A DNA stretch of 50,038 nucleotides from an uncultured Bacilli bacterium (GCA_934130215.1 CAKOXR010000002.1:1-50038); one strand, 5' to 3'. Positions 11,769 to 21,468 are shown, counted from the stretch's first letter. The notes: a model not told the origin generated them from the sequence alone. Numbers and translations are program-made.

Positions 11769-12077
11769 CTATAATTTAATTTGGATGTCAACACCACTTG
11801 GTACATCAACGTGTTTTAATGCGTCAATTGTTTCCTTACTTGGATCAATAACATCGATTAGTCTTTTGTGTGTTCTTTTTTCAAATTGTTCACGTGAATC
11901 TTTATATTTGTGAACAGCTCTTAAAATTGTGATTTTTTCAATATCAGTTGGTAATGGTACTGGTCCAACTACTTTTCCACCTGTTCTTTTAATTGTATCA
12001 ACAATTTTAGCACATGCTGTATCCAAACTTTTATGTTCATATGCTTGTAATTTGATGCGAACTTTTGTTTTTGACAT
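11769..12077 (-). CDS. rpsJ: 30S ribosomal protein S10
   Basis: [19 protein letters not shown]. The ATG at 12077 is preceded by GAAGGAGG. The 44 codons upstream in the ORF track are leader sequence, not S10. Confidence 0.94.
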   Translation of the reverse strand: MSKTKVRIKLQAYEHKSLDTACAKIVDTIKRTGGKVVGPVPLPTDIEKITILRAVHKYKDSREQFEKRTHKRLIDVIDPSKETIDALKHVDVPSGVDIQIKL

Positions 12078-12211
12078 TTCGTATCCTCCTTCGCCTATAT
12101 CTAAGTACAGACTCGCTCCGTACAAAAACCCGATTATTATTTTGTTTTTTACCAGCAACTTAACCTGGTGTATCGGCAACCTTGCACATCCCTGCGTTCC
12201 ACACATCAATG

Positions 12212-12240
12212 ATTATAAGGTAAAATAAAAGAAAAAGCAA
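12212..12240 (-). promoter_or_regulatory. sigma-A type promoter of the S10-spc-alpha operon
   Basis: On the minus strand: TTGCTT (12240-12235), a 17-nt spacer, then TATAAT (12217-12212). It lies about 135 nt upstream of the rpsJ ATG. Confidence 0.65.
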
Positions 12241-12319
12241 GTTATTTTGAACATTTTTTTCAAAATTTTGCATTTTCTTAATATTATATACATTTATAGT
12301 TATAAAATCTTATAAATTA

Positions 12320-13000
12320 TTACATTTTTATTGTTTCAATTTTATTTATTGGTTTTACTGAAAAATCATTATATATTATTATTTTATAATCAATTCCTTC
12401 TTTATTATGTAATTTCATTTGTAACTCATTTAGATAATTTCTAATTTCATATTTTTTCTTGTTATTTAATTCATTCCACTCTTCATTAGTTTGACCATCA
12501 TATTTATAAAATTCATTTTCTCGAAATCCTATTATTACATCAGAAGTACTTCCTATATAATTAATTGAATCTGGTCCATAGTTTATATTTTCAAAACTTT
12601 TTTCTAATCCTGCTTCAGTTGCTACTTTCTTAATTGTATTTTGAACAAATTCTGTTACTTTATCATCATATTTTTTTATATTGTTTAAAAAGTGCAATTC
12701 TTCTTTAGATAATCTTTCTATATATATATTACTTCTTAAATAGAAAAATTTATATTTGTTTTTTGCTATTTTTTGATATATATCACAGTCTTTATTATCA
12801 ACTTCTTTATATCTTAATGGACTTTTACTTATTTTTTCGTCTATTTCTTTTAAATTATATTTTTTATCTAAAAATTCTAATACTAAATTGTAATATTTTA
12901 TCATTAAATCTAGATATTTTTCTTTTAAATCAATATTTAATTGATTAAAATAATCAAAATTTTCTTTTGGTATTCTAGTTTCGTATTCTTCGATATTCAT
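12320..13000 (-). CDS. hypothetical protein (about 226-233 aa), overlapping partner of the 952-aa ORF
   Basis: Long ORF in the AT-rich background. The start is either ATG 13021 or ATG 13000 (MNIEEYETRIPKENFDYF), and both overlap the upstream stop at 12975. No motif is recognised. Confidence 0.6.
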   Translation of the reverse strand: MNIEEYETRIPKENFDYFNQLNIDLKEKYLDLMIKYYNLVLEFLDKKYNLKEIDEKISKSPLRYKEVDNKDCDIYQKIAKNKYKFFYLRSNIYIERLSKEELHFLNNIKKYDDKVTEFVQNTIKKVATEAGLEKSFENINYGPDSINYIGSTSDVIIGFRENEFYKYDGQTNEEWNELNNKKKYEIRNYLNELQMKLHNKEGIDYKIIIYNDFSVKPINKIETIKM

Positions 13001-15833
13001 CTTCTTCAACCTTCTTTTCAAAGTAATTTACTTTATTTTTTATTGATTTTTCTAAATCTTTTATTTGATTTAAATTTTTATTTACTATTTTTTCTAGTTC
13101 TATAATTCCTTCAATAATTGTGTTAGGATCAATATTATTTATGTTGTAGTCGATTCTATAAAATAAGTCATTGTATATTATTTTTTGTAAATGAATTATT
13201 AATTTTTCTTTTATAAAATTATAAATGTTACTATATGTTTCTCCTACATCAACGAAACCGAATTGTTTTATATAATGATTTGTCATTTTGTTAATGTAAT
13301 TATCAAATTCATTTTTATTTTTTATACATTCAATTAATTCTTCTAAATGAGCTTGATTATATAATATAAGCTTATCATCGTTTTCAATTTTTTCTATAAT
13401 TATTTTTTCATATTGTTCTTCTAATCTATTTAGATTTCTTTTTATTTTTAAACTAAACAGTTTTTCTTTTTCTCCAAGTAAACCTTTTTCTTCTTTCATT
13501 TTTAATATTACTTGATAATAATCTAAATTAGGAATTAGATCTATTTTTCTTTGATAAAATATTAAATCGAAATCATTTTCAGCTTCTTCTTTTATTGTCA
13601 TTTTTTTAGAATAATCTAATTTAGCTGTTCCAATTGAACTTCTTTTTGGTTTTATTTCTCTTAATTTAATGAAATACTTTTTCCCCCAACTACTTACATA
13701 TAAGTTTCTATTGTCAATTCCGGTAACAAACATGGCATGTGCTTCTCCTTTATTTAAGGATACTGAACCATTTCTTAGATCATATGCATTAACTGTTGTA
13801 GAATCACAATTAAAACTGACTAATCTATTTGAGTTTAGGGCATCTACTATTTCCTCAAATATTTCATATTCATGTTTTTTGTTTGAAATATTTTGAATAT
13901 CAATTTCAATATTTTTTTGTTTTAAGTATTTACTTACAACTTCTTTATTAATTGGTTCTAAATTATTTCCTAAGAAAATCATTTTATTTAAGTCATATGT
14001 TAATAATTTAAGATGATTTTTTTGGGAGTCATCTATAATTTTACCTCCCAAACTTGTTTTATTCATTTCAATAAACATATCTAAAAGGAGTTCTCTTTCA
14101 TTAAATTCTCCGTTATTATTAAACATATTAAATCCAAAATTCTTTTTAAATAAGACTGGATAATCTTTAAATGATGAAAGAATCATATTACCAATTACTG
14201 TATAAGTACATACTCCAACACTATCTAATAAACTTATTATTTTTTTAGCACTTATTTCATCAAATCCGTTAAGAATTAATTTATTTACTAATTTTGTTAT
14301 TTCTTTATCTTCAACTTTATTCATTATAAATAATTCTTTTAGTATTTCTCTTACTTCTTCTTCTTTATAATTATCAAGTAATGCTTCCATTATGATATTA
14401 TATCCTTCTTGATCTATTTTATATCCAACATTTTTAGTGTTTAAAAATTTATAAAAATCATCTACTGTATCTGGATATTTTTGTTTAACATAATTTAGAA
14501 TAATAGTTCTATATTTTAATGTATTAGTTTTTACCGTATAATTAAAACCACTATTAAATGTTGATTGGTCCATTCCATAACGAGATCCTACTATACTAAA
14601 AAAATCATTTACTTTTTTTATTTCCATATTTTCTAGTTTTACTTCGTTAAATGTTACTTGTTCTTTTAAATCAATATCATTTAATATAAAATATCTTGTT
14701 ATATTTTCTCCTTTTAAAGTAATTTTTTTATCACCAATATTTAAAACATATATTTTATTTAAAGAGATTTTACTATTTAGTAATGTTTCAATTTTATATT
14801 TTTGTTTTTCTATTAAACTTAAATCATCTAATACTTGTTTATCTAATTGTTCATAAAAGAATTTTGATAAATAATTTGCATAATCTATTATTTTGGCTTT
14901 ATTAAATACTTGTAATTGTACTTTTTTTAAAATATTTTCTATTATTTCATTTGAAATAATTTCTCCATTAACTCTTGATTTTAAATCATTTTTAAATTCT
15001 TTTTTTGTTAGATTTTTTGCATATTTCAAAAATAATTCTTGAATCTTTTCATCAATTCTATAATTTATTTTTTTCTTCATTAATATTTCACTATTTTTAT
15101 CTATTGCAAATTCATTTATTTTTTTTGTTGTTTCATTAATTGATTTTTTTAGTTCATCATAATAGATTTTAACATTTTCATCTGATTCTATATTATTGTT
15201 TATTTTTTTAAAATAAAAATCAATATTATAATAGGTATTTTCAAGTATGTGTTCTAAACATTTTTCTTTTAATGCTTTTACATATTTATCTGAAAAATTA
15301 TATATCATTACCTTATAATCAATTCCAAGCTCTTTTATAAGTGGGTTTATAATATCTTTTTGATAAATATTTAAAACATCATTATAATTCTCATCACCAT
15401 AAATAATAAAATTACTAATTTTTTTACTTATTTGTTTATCAATATATATATTTTTTAAATCATCAATATATTTTAAAGATACTTCATTTATTTTTGATTC
15501 AAAATCACTACCAAATTCATATCTAAATGGATTTATAATTTCTTCTTGATACTTATTATATAAATCTTCATAATTTTTAACACCATAAAAAGGTAATTCA
15601 TTTAGTTTTTGTTTTATTTGAAATTCCATATATTTAATTTTAATTTCATTTTCAACTTCTGGCAAAATTTCTTCATAACCTTTTATATTACCAAATCCAA
15701 ATTTTTTTATACATTCAATTATAATATTATTTTTTATTAATTCTTTTTGTGAATTATAATTATAATTTAAATAAAAATAAAGATTATTTAATTCTTCTTT
15801 TATAAATAATTTTATTTTTTCCTTTTCATTCAT
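12975..15833 (-). CDS. large (952 aa) cytoplasmic protein of unknown function with a candidate papain/PepC-like cysteine peptidase signature
   Basis: An uninterrupted 2.86-kb ORF with GGTGA before its ATG. There is no signal peptide or TM segment. Motifs are GVCTYT (Cys542) and GEAHAMFVTGIDNRNLYVSSWGKKYF (His699, SWG715-717). There is an internal repeat of about 50 aa near the N-terminus. Confidence 0.75.
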   Translation of the reverse strand: MNEKEKIKLFIKEELNNLYFYLNYNYNSQKELIKNNIIIECIKKFGFGNIKGYEEILPEVENEIKIKYMEFQIKQKLNELPFYGVKNYEDLYNKYQEEIINPFRYEFGSDFESKINEVSLKYIDDLKNIYIDKQISKKISNFIIYGDENYNDVLNIYQKDIINPLIKELGIDYKVMIYNFSDKYVKALKEKCLEHILENTYYNIDFYFKKINNNIESDENVKIYYDELKKSINETTKKINEFAIDKNSEILMKKKINYRIDEKIQELFLKYAKNLTKKEFKNDLKSRVNGEIISNEIIENILKKVQLQVFNKAKIIDYANYLSKFFYEQLDKQVLDDLSLIEKQKYKIETLLNSKISLNKIYVLNIGDKKITLKGENITRYFILNDIDLKEQVTFNEVKLENMEIKKVNDFFSIVGSRYGMDQSTFNSGFNYTVKTNTLKYRTIILNYVKQKYPDTVDDFYKFLNTKNVGYKIDQEGYNIIMEALLDNYKEEEVREILKELFIMNKVEDKEITKLVNKLILNGFDEISAKKIISLLDSVGVCTYTVIGNMILSSFKDYPVLFKKNFGFNMFNNNGEFNERELLLDMFIEMNKTSLGGKIIDDSQKNHLKLLTYDLNKMIFLGNNLEPINKEVVSKYLKQKNIEIDIQNISNKKHEYEIFEEIVDALNSNRLVSFNCDSTTVNAYDLRNGSVSLNKGEAHAMFVTGIDNRNLYVSSWGKKYFIKLREIKPKRSSIGTAKLDYSKKMTIKEEAENDFDLIFYQRKIDLIPNLDYYQVILKMKEEKGLLGEKEKLFSLKIKRNLNRLEEQYEKIIIEKIENDDKLILYNQAHLEELIECIKNKNEFDNYINKMTNHYIKQFGFVDVGETYSNIYNFIKEKLIIHLQKIIYNDLFYRIDYNINNIDPNTIIEGIIELEKIVNKNLNQIKDLEKSIKNKVNYFEKKVEEDEYRRIRN

Positions 15834-15899
15834 GTTATCACCATTAAACCTATATTAATTATTATACCATTTAAATATAAAAATTTGAACACTATTTCA

Positions 15900-16331
15900 T
15901 CAATTCAAAATAAAAATATTATAATTTAAATATGTAGCATATAAAATCCATAATATATATGGTATTTGTAATAATCCAGATAATTTATTTATTTTAAAAT
16001 ATTTTATAGTCATAATGATAACAAATATTAATAATAATATAATCCATATTAAAGCAATTAAATATTCTTTATAATTAAAAAATATAATTGGCCATATTAA
16101 ATTAATGGCTAAACTTATATAATATATAATATTTGCTTCTTTATTTTTACTAGTTAAATAATTTGAGATTCCCAGTAATATATATATTATTGACCATGCT
16201 ATTGGAAATATTATTCTAGGGGGACTAAATTCTGGTTTTATTAATTGTTCATATAACTTTGTATTAAGAAAAAAACTTACTAATAATCCCAAACTTAATG
16301 GAATTAAACATGAAATAACTAACTTTTTCAT
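15900..16331 (-). CDS. tspO: TspO/MBR family tryptophan-rich sensory protein
   Basis: 143 aa, five TM helices, KPEFSPPRIIFPIAWSIIYILLGIS and WPIIFF motifs. Confidence 0.8.
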   Translation of the reverse strand: MKKLVISCLIPLSLGLLVSFFLNTKLYEQLIKPEFSPPRIIFPIAWSIIYILLGISNYLTSKNKEANIIYYISLAINLIWPIIFFNYKEYLIALIWIILLLIFVIIMTIKYFKINKLSGLLQIPYILWILYATYLNYNIFILN

Positions 16332-16419
16332 TCTATCACCTTTTTAATTATATAATTAATTTATGAAAATTTTGTCGAATAAAATTAAACAAAATAATTT
16401 ATTTTATAAATAAAATATA

Positions 16420-18972
16420 TTGGGTGATAACTTGAATGGTCTTTCAAATGAAGAAGTAAAAAAATCTCGTGAAAAATATGGAACTAATGAAATAAAAAAG
16501 AAGAAAAACAAAAAAATTATCAACATTTTTGTTGATAACTTAGGTGATCCTATTATAAGGATTCTTCTTATTGCTCTTGCCGTTAAAATTATATTTTTAA
16601 TGAAAGATTTTGATTGGTATGAAACAATTGGTATTGTAATATCAATATTACTTGCATCAATTGTTTCAACTTTATCAGAGTATGGTAGTGAAAAAGCTTT
16701 TGAAAAATTAGAAAAAGAAGCTGAAGAAATAACTTCAAAAGTTATAAGAGAAAATAAATTAAATGAAATTAAATTGAATGATATTGTAAAAGGAGATACT
16801 ATACTTTTAGAAGTTGGGGATAAAGTTCCTGCTGATGGTATAATTATTAAAGGATCTATATCTTTAGATGAATCATTAATAAATGGAGAATCAAAAGAAA
16901 AAACAAAAAATTTAAATGATAATGTATATCGTGGTACTATAATAACAGAAGGACGAGCATATATGTTAGTTGAGCAAATTGGTAATAATACTACTTATGG
17001 TAAAATTGCTCAAGAACTTCAAATTGAAAGCGAAGAAAGTCCTTTAAAACTAAGATTAAGATCTCTTGCTAAAACAATAAGTAATATAGGTTATATAGGT
17101 TCATTATTAGTTTCTTTTTCATATCTTTTTAATGTTATTGTAATACATAATAATTTTAATTATACTGCTATAATAGAGACACTGACTAATTTTAGATTAA
17201 TCGCAGGATATATATTACATGCTTTAACTTTATGTGTTACAGTAATTGTTGTATCTGTTCCAGAAGGTTTACCTATGATGATTACTTTAGTACTATCTTC
17301 AAATATGAAAAAATTATTAAAATCAAATGTTTTAGTTAGAAAATTAACAGGTATAGAAACAACAGGAAGTTTAAATATATTATTTACTGATAAAACAGGT
17401 ACTTTAACAAATGGAAAATTAGAGGTTATTGGTATAATGAATCCAAATTGTGAAATAGAATCTTATCAAGATGTAATAGAAAATAAATATTTAAAAGAAA
17501 ACTTAATTTTAAATAATGAAAGTACTTATTCGTTTGAAACAAAAACAGCAATTGGATCTAATGCTACAGATAGAGCTTTAAAAGAATTTATTAAAGAAAA
17601 TAGTACTCAAATTATATTAAATAAAGAAAGTTTTTCATCCGAAAAAAAATATTCTAGTGTAACTACTATTAATAATACATATATAAAAGGAGCATATGAA
17701 AAATTATTAAATCAAACAAATAAATATATAAATAAATTTGGTTATGAAAGAAGTTTATTAAATAAAAAAATAATAATAGAAAAATTAAATCAATTATCAA
17801 ATAAAGGAATAAGAATAATAATGCTTGGAATAAAGAAAAATAATGAAATATTTCTTCAAGGTTTTGCTCTTATTCGTGATGAACCAAGAAAAACAGTTAA
17901 AGAAGCATTAGAACTTGTTGAAACAGCTGGTATTCGTACTATAATGATAACAGGAGATAGTAAAGAAACAGCAATTGCAATTGCTAAAGAATTAAATATG
18001 TTAAAAAATGATGATTATGTAATTACAAGTGAGGAACTTAATTCCTTAAATGATGAAGAAATAAAAAATATTTTACCAAAATTAAGAATTGTTGCACGAT
18101 CACTTCCAAACGATAAAACAAAATTAGTTAAAATATCACAAAGTTTGGGTTATGTAACAGGAATGACAGGAGATGGAATTAATGATGCACCAGCACTAAA
18201 AAAAGCAGATGTAGGATTTTCAATGGGTTCTGGAACAGAAGTCGCTAAAGAAGCAAGTGATATTATTATTTTAGATAATAATTTTTTATCAATAACAAAA
18301 GCAATTTTATTTGGAAGAACTATTTTTAAATCAATAAGAAAATTTATTATTTTTCAATTAACAGTAAATATATGTGCTTTAACAATATCAATAGTAGGTC
18401 CATTTATAAATATAGAATCCCCTATAACAGTAGTTCAAATGTTATGGATAAATATGGTAATGGATACATTAGCGGGATTAGCATTTTCCTACGAAGTTCC
18501 TCTAATAGAGTATATGAAAGAAAAACCAAAGAAAAAAAATGAAAAAATTTTAAATAATTATATGATAAATGAAATAATAATAACTGGTCTTTATTCATCG
18601 TTATTGTTAATATTATTTTTAAAAGTACCATTTTTTAAAAATATGTTTAGACATGATATAACAAACAAATACTTTATGACAGGTTTCTTTACTTTATTTA
18701 TTTTAATAGCTATATTCAATAGTTTTAATGCTAGAACAAGTAGAATTAATATATTAGCAGGTATAAATAAAAATCCCGTTTTTCTTGGTATTACAATTTT
18801 TATAATAACAATACAATTAATAATTATTTATTTTGGTGGAAATATCTTCAGAACTTATGGTTTAGAAATAAATGAATTTATTTTTATTATTTTTCTTGCT
18901 TTAACAGTAATTCCAGTAGATTGGCTTAGAAAATATATTCTTAAAATAAAAGGAATAGAAAAAACCGTATAA
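16420..18972 (+). CDS. P-type cation-transporting ATPase (P2 Ca2+-ATPase-like)
   Basis: DKTGTLT phosphorylation site, PEGLP, TGDSKETA, and the GDGINDAPALKKADVG hinge. The ORF-track start at 16420 is TTG. Confidence 0.9.
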   Translation: MGDNLNGLSNEEVKKSREKYGTNEIKKKKNKKIINIFVDNLGDPIIRILLIALAVKIIFLMKDFDWYETIGIVISILLASIVSTLSEYGSEKAFEKLEKEAEEITSKVIRENKLNEIKLNDIVKGDTILLEVGDKVPADGIIIKGSISLDESLINGESKEKTKNLNDNVYRGTIITEGRAYMLVEQIGNNTTYGKIAQELQIESEESPLKLRLRSLAKTISNIGYIGSLLVSFSYLFNVIVIHNNFNYTAIIETLTNFRLIAGYILHALTLCVTVIVVSVPEGLPMMITLVLSSNMKKLLKSNVLVRKLTGIETTGSLNILFTDKTGTLTNGKLEVIGIMNPNCEIESYQDVIENKYLKENLILNNESTYSFETKTAIGSNATDRALKEFIKENSTQIILNKESFSSEKKYSSVTTINNTYIKGAYEKLLNQTNKYINKFGYERSLLNKKIIIEKLNQLSNKGIRIIMLGIKKNNEIFLQGFALIRDEPRKTVKEALELVETAGIRTIMITGDSKETAIAIAKELNMLKNDDYVITSEELNSLNDEEIKNILPKLRIVARSLPNDKTKLVKISQSLGYVTGMTGDGINDAPALKKADVGFSMGSGTEVAKEASDIIILDNNFLSITKAILFGRTIFKSIRKFIIFQLTVNICALTISIVGPFINIESPITVVQMLWINMVMDTLAGLAFSYEVPLIEYMKEKPKKKNEKILNNYMINEIIITGLYSSLLLILFLKVPFFKNMFRHDITNKYFMTGFFTLFILIAIFNSFNARTSRINILAGINKNPVFLGITIFIITIQLIIIYFGGNIFRTYGLEINEFIFIIFLALTVIPVDWLRKYILKIKGIEKTV

Positions 18973-19029
18973 ATCTTTACAATAAATTAAAAGTATTATA
19001 TAATCTTATTATACCGAAAGGGTGAAAAG

Positions 19030-19569
19030 ATGAAAAAATTAATACTTTTATTTAGTATTCTTATTATACTTACAGGATGTACTTCATATAAAGAAGAATC
19101 AAGAGGAAATAACAAAAATAATAAACCAATATTATTATCAACTGAACAAGCTTTAGAAATTGTTAAAGAAAGATATAAGCAAATGGAAAACTCTTATACT
19201 GAAATAATTGGTTCAACTCCAACAATATATGAAAATGAAAAAAAATATTATACTTTAACAAACTATGAAGAATTAACAAATATATATACTGAAAAAATGT
19301 TAAAAAAATACAATGAAGAAAATAATATTATAAAAAAGGATAATATATTTTACTCATATTCATTACCTAGATATAAAATAGACTATGACGAAATAACTTA
19401 TACAGAAATATCAGTAACAGAAAACAAAATAAAATATAAAGTTTTATTATATAAATGTACAGAAAAAATAGAAGAAAAATGTAAAAATTTTGCTTTAACA
19501 ACTAATCCATTTGATTTAGAAAAAATAAATGAAGAATGGAAAATAGCCAATTATAAAAATAAAGGATAA
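19030..19569 (+). CDS. lipoprotein of unknown function
   Basis: Signal peptide with a lipobox: MKKLILLFSILIILTGC|TSY. Confidence 0.75.
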   Translation: MKKLILLFSILIILTGCTSYKEESRGNNKNNKPILLSTEQALEIVKERYKQMENSYTEIIGSTPTIYENEKKYYTLTNYEELTNIYTEKMLKKYNEENNIIKKDNIFYSYSLPRYKIDYDEITYTEISVTENKIKYKVLLYKCTEKIEEKCKNFALTTNPFDLEKINEEWKIANYKNKG

Positions 19570-19586
19570 AATCCTTTATTTTTTTA
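19561..19586. terminator. bidirectional hairpin between convergent genes
   Basis: AAAGGAT-aaa-ATCCTTT stem-loop (19561-19577) followed by ATTTTTTTA. It overlaps both stop codons. The stem is AT-rich and weak. Confidence 0.4.
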
Positions 19587-20238
19587 TATAAACTTTATTT
19601 TTTTGTTCTTTTTTTCCATTAACTAACATATTATCAGCATCAATCATACTATGATAAATATCTTTATCAACTTTAGAAATACCGAAAGTAACACTAACAA
19701 AAACTTCCTCTAATTTTCCATCTACTGTTTTTAGATTATAAGGTGAAGAACAAATTTTCTTTCTAATATCTTCAATTCTTTTAAAACTTTTACTACTATT
19801 TGTATCCTTTAATAAAATAACAAATTCATCTCCACCAAATCTTCCAACAAGATCACTTTTTCTTACATTTGATGAAATAATATTAGCAATCCCTTTAATT
19901 ACTTTATCAGTTTCAATATGTCCATATTTTTCATTATAATATTTTAAATTATCTATATCACAAAAAACTAAAACACAATCATTTATATTAGATAAATTAG
20001 AAATATAATCATTAAAAGATCCTTTTGTTAAAAATCCTGTTAAACTATCAACTTCCTTTTTACCATAAAAAACTAATTTATAATCATCTCCCATAATTTT
20101 AACATTTTTAGTACCAATAACATTTTGATCATCTAAAATATCATGATTTTTATAAACTAATTCATCTTTTTTATAAACACAAACAGTTTCATAAAACATT
20201 TTTAATAATTCCTCAAAAAACTCATTTTTCATAATCAT
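19576..20238 (-). CDS. stand-alone diguanylate cyclase (GGDEF domain with I-site)
   Basis: DSLTGFLTKGSF..., then RKSD (RxxD) five residues before GGDEF (RKSDLVGRFGGDEFVILL). Only about 60 aa of N-terminal sequence precede the domain. Confidence 0.85.
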   Translation of the reverse strand: MIMKNEFFEELLKMFYETVCVYKKDELVYKNHDILDDQNVIGTKNVKIMGDDYKLVFYGKKEVDSLTGFLTKGSFNDYISNLSNINDCVLVFCDIDNLKYYNEKYGHIETDKVIKGIANIISSNVRKSDLVGRFGGDEFVILLKDTNSSKSFKRIEDIRKKICSSPYNLKTVDGKLEEVFVSVTFGISKVDKDIYHSMIDADNMLVNGKKEQKNKVYIKK

Positions 20239-20289
20239 CGCCTCTAGCTAAGAATTATAATAAATTTATTAAAAAATGTAAAATTAAAA

Positions 20290-21468
20290 TCACTCATTTT
20301 TTATTAATAAATCAAACATCTTAGCTAGATCTTTTTCATTTAAATCTTCTATTTTATCTTTTGTACTATATTTTATAAAATTTGAACAAGTAATAGTTTT
20401 ATTAACATTAAAACTATTAGTTTTTAAAGAATCCATTATTATAATTTTAATATTACCAATAATATTATCTTTTGTTTCATCCAAAATATTATCTATAATT
20501 TTAATTGTTTCAATATCTTTTTTTATTTTATTATTAGAAAACAATTTTTTTCTAAACATCATAAATTCTTTATCAAATATAATTTCCTTATCAATAATTT
20601 TATTAATATAATCATTATATTTTTCTAAATCTTTTTTCAAATTATCAGAATATATTAAATCTCCAGTAACATTAACAATTTCATTTAATTTTATAAATAA
20701 ATTAACTATAAAATCATTTAAATAATTACTTAATGAATCTAAAATTTTATTTAATTCACTTTCTTTATATTTACTATTATTTATAATTAAATCTACCATA
20801 TTATTAATTATTTCATCAATTTTTAGTTTTAGTTTTTTCTCTAAATTTATAATCATATCATTTGAACTTTTTATTAAATATGAATTAGCATATTTTAGCA
20901 AAAATTTAGTATTTATTTCATATTTATCTGGACTTTCTTTACCTTTATATTCCATTATTTCATTATATTTTTTTATAACAATTTTTTTGTTTTTTTCTAA
21001 AACATTATTTAAAATATCATTTATAAATATAATAAATTCTTTTTCTTCATCCATTATTATTTGCTTAACATTTTTATATAAATAAGCATCTAATCTATTT
21101 GAAACTGTTAAATTATATAAAATAAGTTCAAAAACACCTTTTATTTCCTCTTTAACTTCTACATTTTTACTTTCAATATTTATTGAAATAATATTTTTTT
21201 GTAAAAACATAATATCATCAGGTTCATTTTTAATATTAAAAACTAAATTTTTTTGAACAAAATTATTTATATTAATTAACTTTTGATAAAATTTATTAAC
21301 AATTGGACTAACATTAATAGTAAAATTAGATTCAATATTTTCTTTTTTTAATTTATCATTAATTTCTTCTTTTATAGTTAAAGCATGATCATTAATTTTA
21401 CCCATTGTAATATTTTTATCAATAAGTAAATCAGAATTAATTTTACCAAATTCACCTTTAATATCCAT
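20290..21468 (-). CDS. hypothetical protein, 392 aa, Asn/Ile/Lys-rich, predicted helical
   Basis: Long ORF with AGGAGGG 3 nt before the ATG. No recognisable motif. It is probably co-transcribed with the GGDEF gene. Confidence 0.65.
   Translation of the reverse strand: MDIKGEFGKINSDLLIDKNITMGKINDHALTIKEEINDKLKKENIESNFTINVSPIVNKFYQKLININNFVQKNLVFNIKNEPDDIMFLQKNIISINIESKNVEVKEEIKGVFELILYNLTVSNRLDAYLYKNVKQIIMDEEKEFIIFINDILNNVLEKNKKIVIKKYNEIMEYKGKESPDKYEINTKFLLKYANSYLIKSSNDMIINLEKKLKLKIDEIINNMVDLIINNSKYKESELNKILDSLSNYLNDFIVNLFIKLNEIVNVTGDLIYSDNLKKDLEKYNDYINKIIDKEIIFDKEFMMFRKKLFSNNKIKKDIETIKIIDNILDETKDNIIGNIKIIIMDSLKTNSFNVNKTITCSNFIKYSTKDKIEDLNEKDLAKMFDLLIKNE

Noticed and set aside
12078-12209. 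A 44-codon N-terminal extension of the rpsJ ORF ([15 protein letters not shown]...)
   Set aside because: S10 begins at [10 protein letters not shown], where there is a strong GAAGGAGG RBS. The extension covers the leader and runs up to within a few nt of the -10 (12212-12217), and it is not S10-like.
12975-13021. Possible programmed frameshift fusing the 952-aa and 233-aa ORFs
   Set aside because: The second ORF is in the +1 frame relative to the first, but I see no slippery heptamer or stimulatory structure in the overlap. An ATG start with a weak RBS is available. Ordinary overlap coupling is the simpler reading.
12763-13896. Antisense ORFs inside the 233-aa, 952-aa and other AT-rich genes (12763-12948, 13669-13896, 18422-18631, 21761-21943, 30495-30728)
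   Set aside because: They are short, with Leu/Phe/Ile-rich translations typical of the reverse strand of AT-rich coding DNA, and no RBS.
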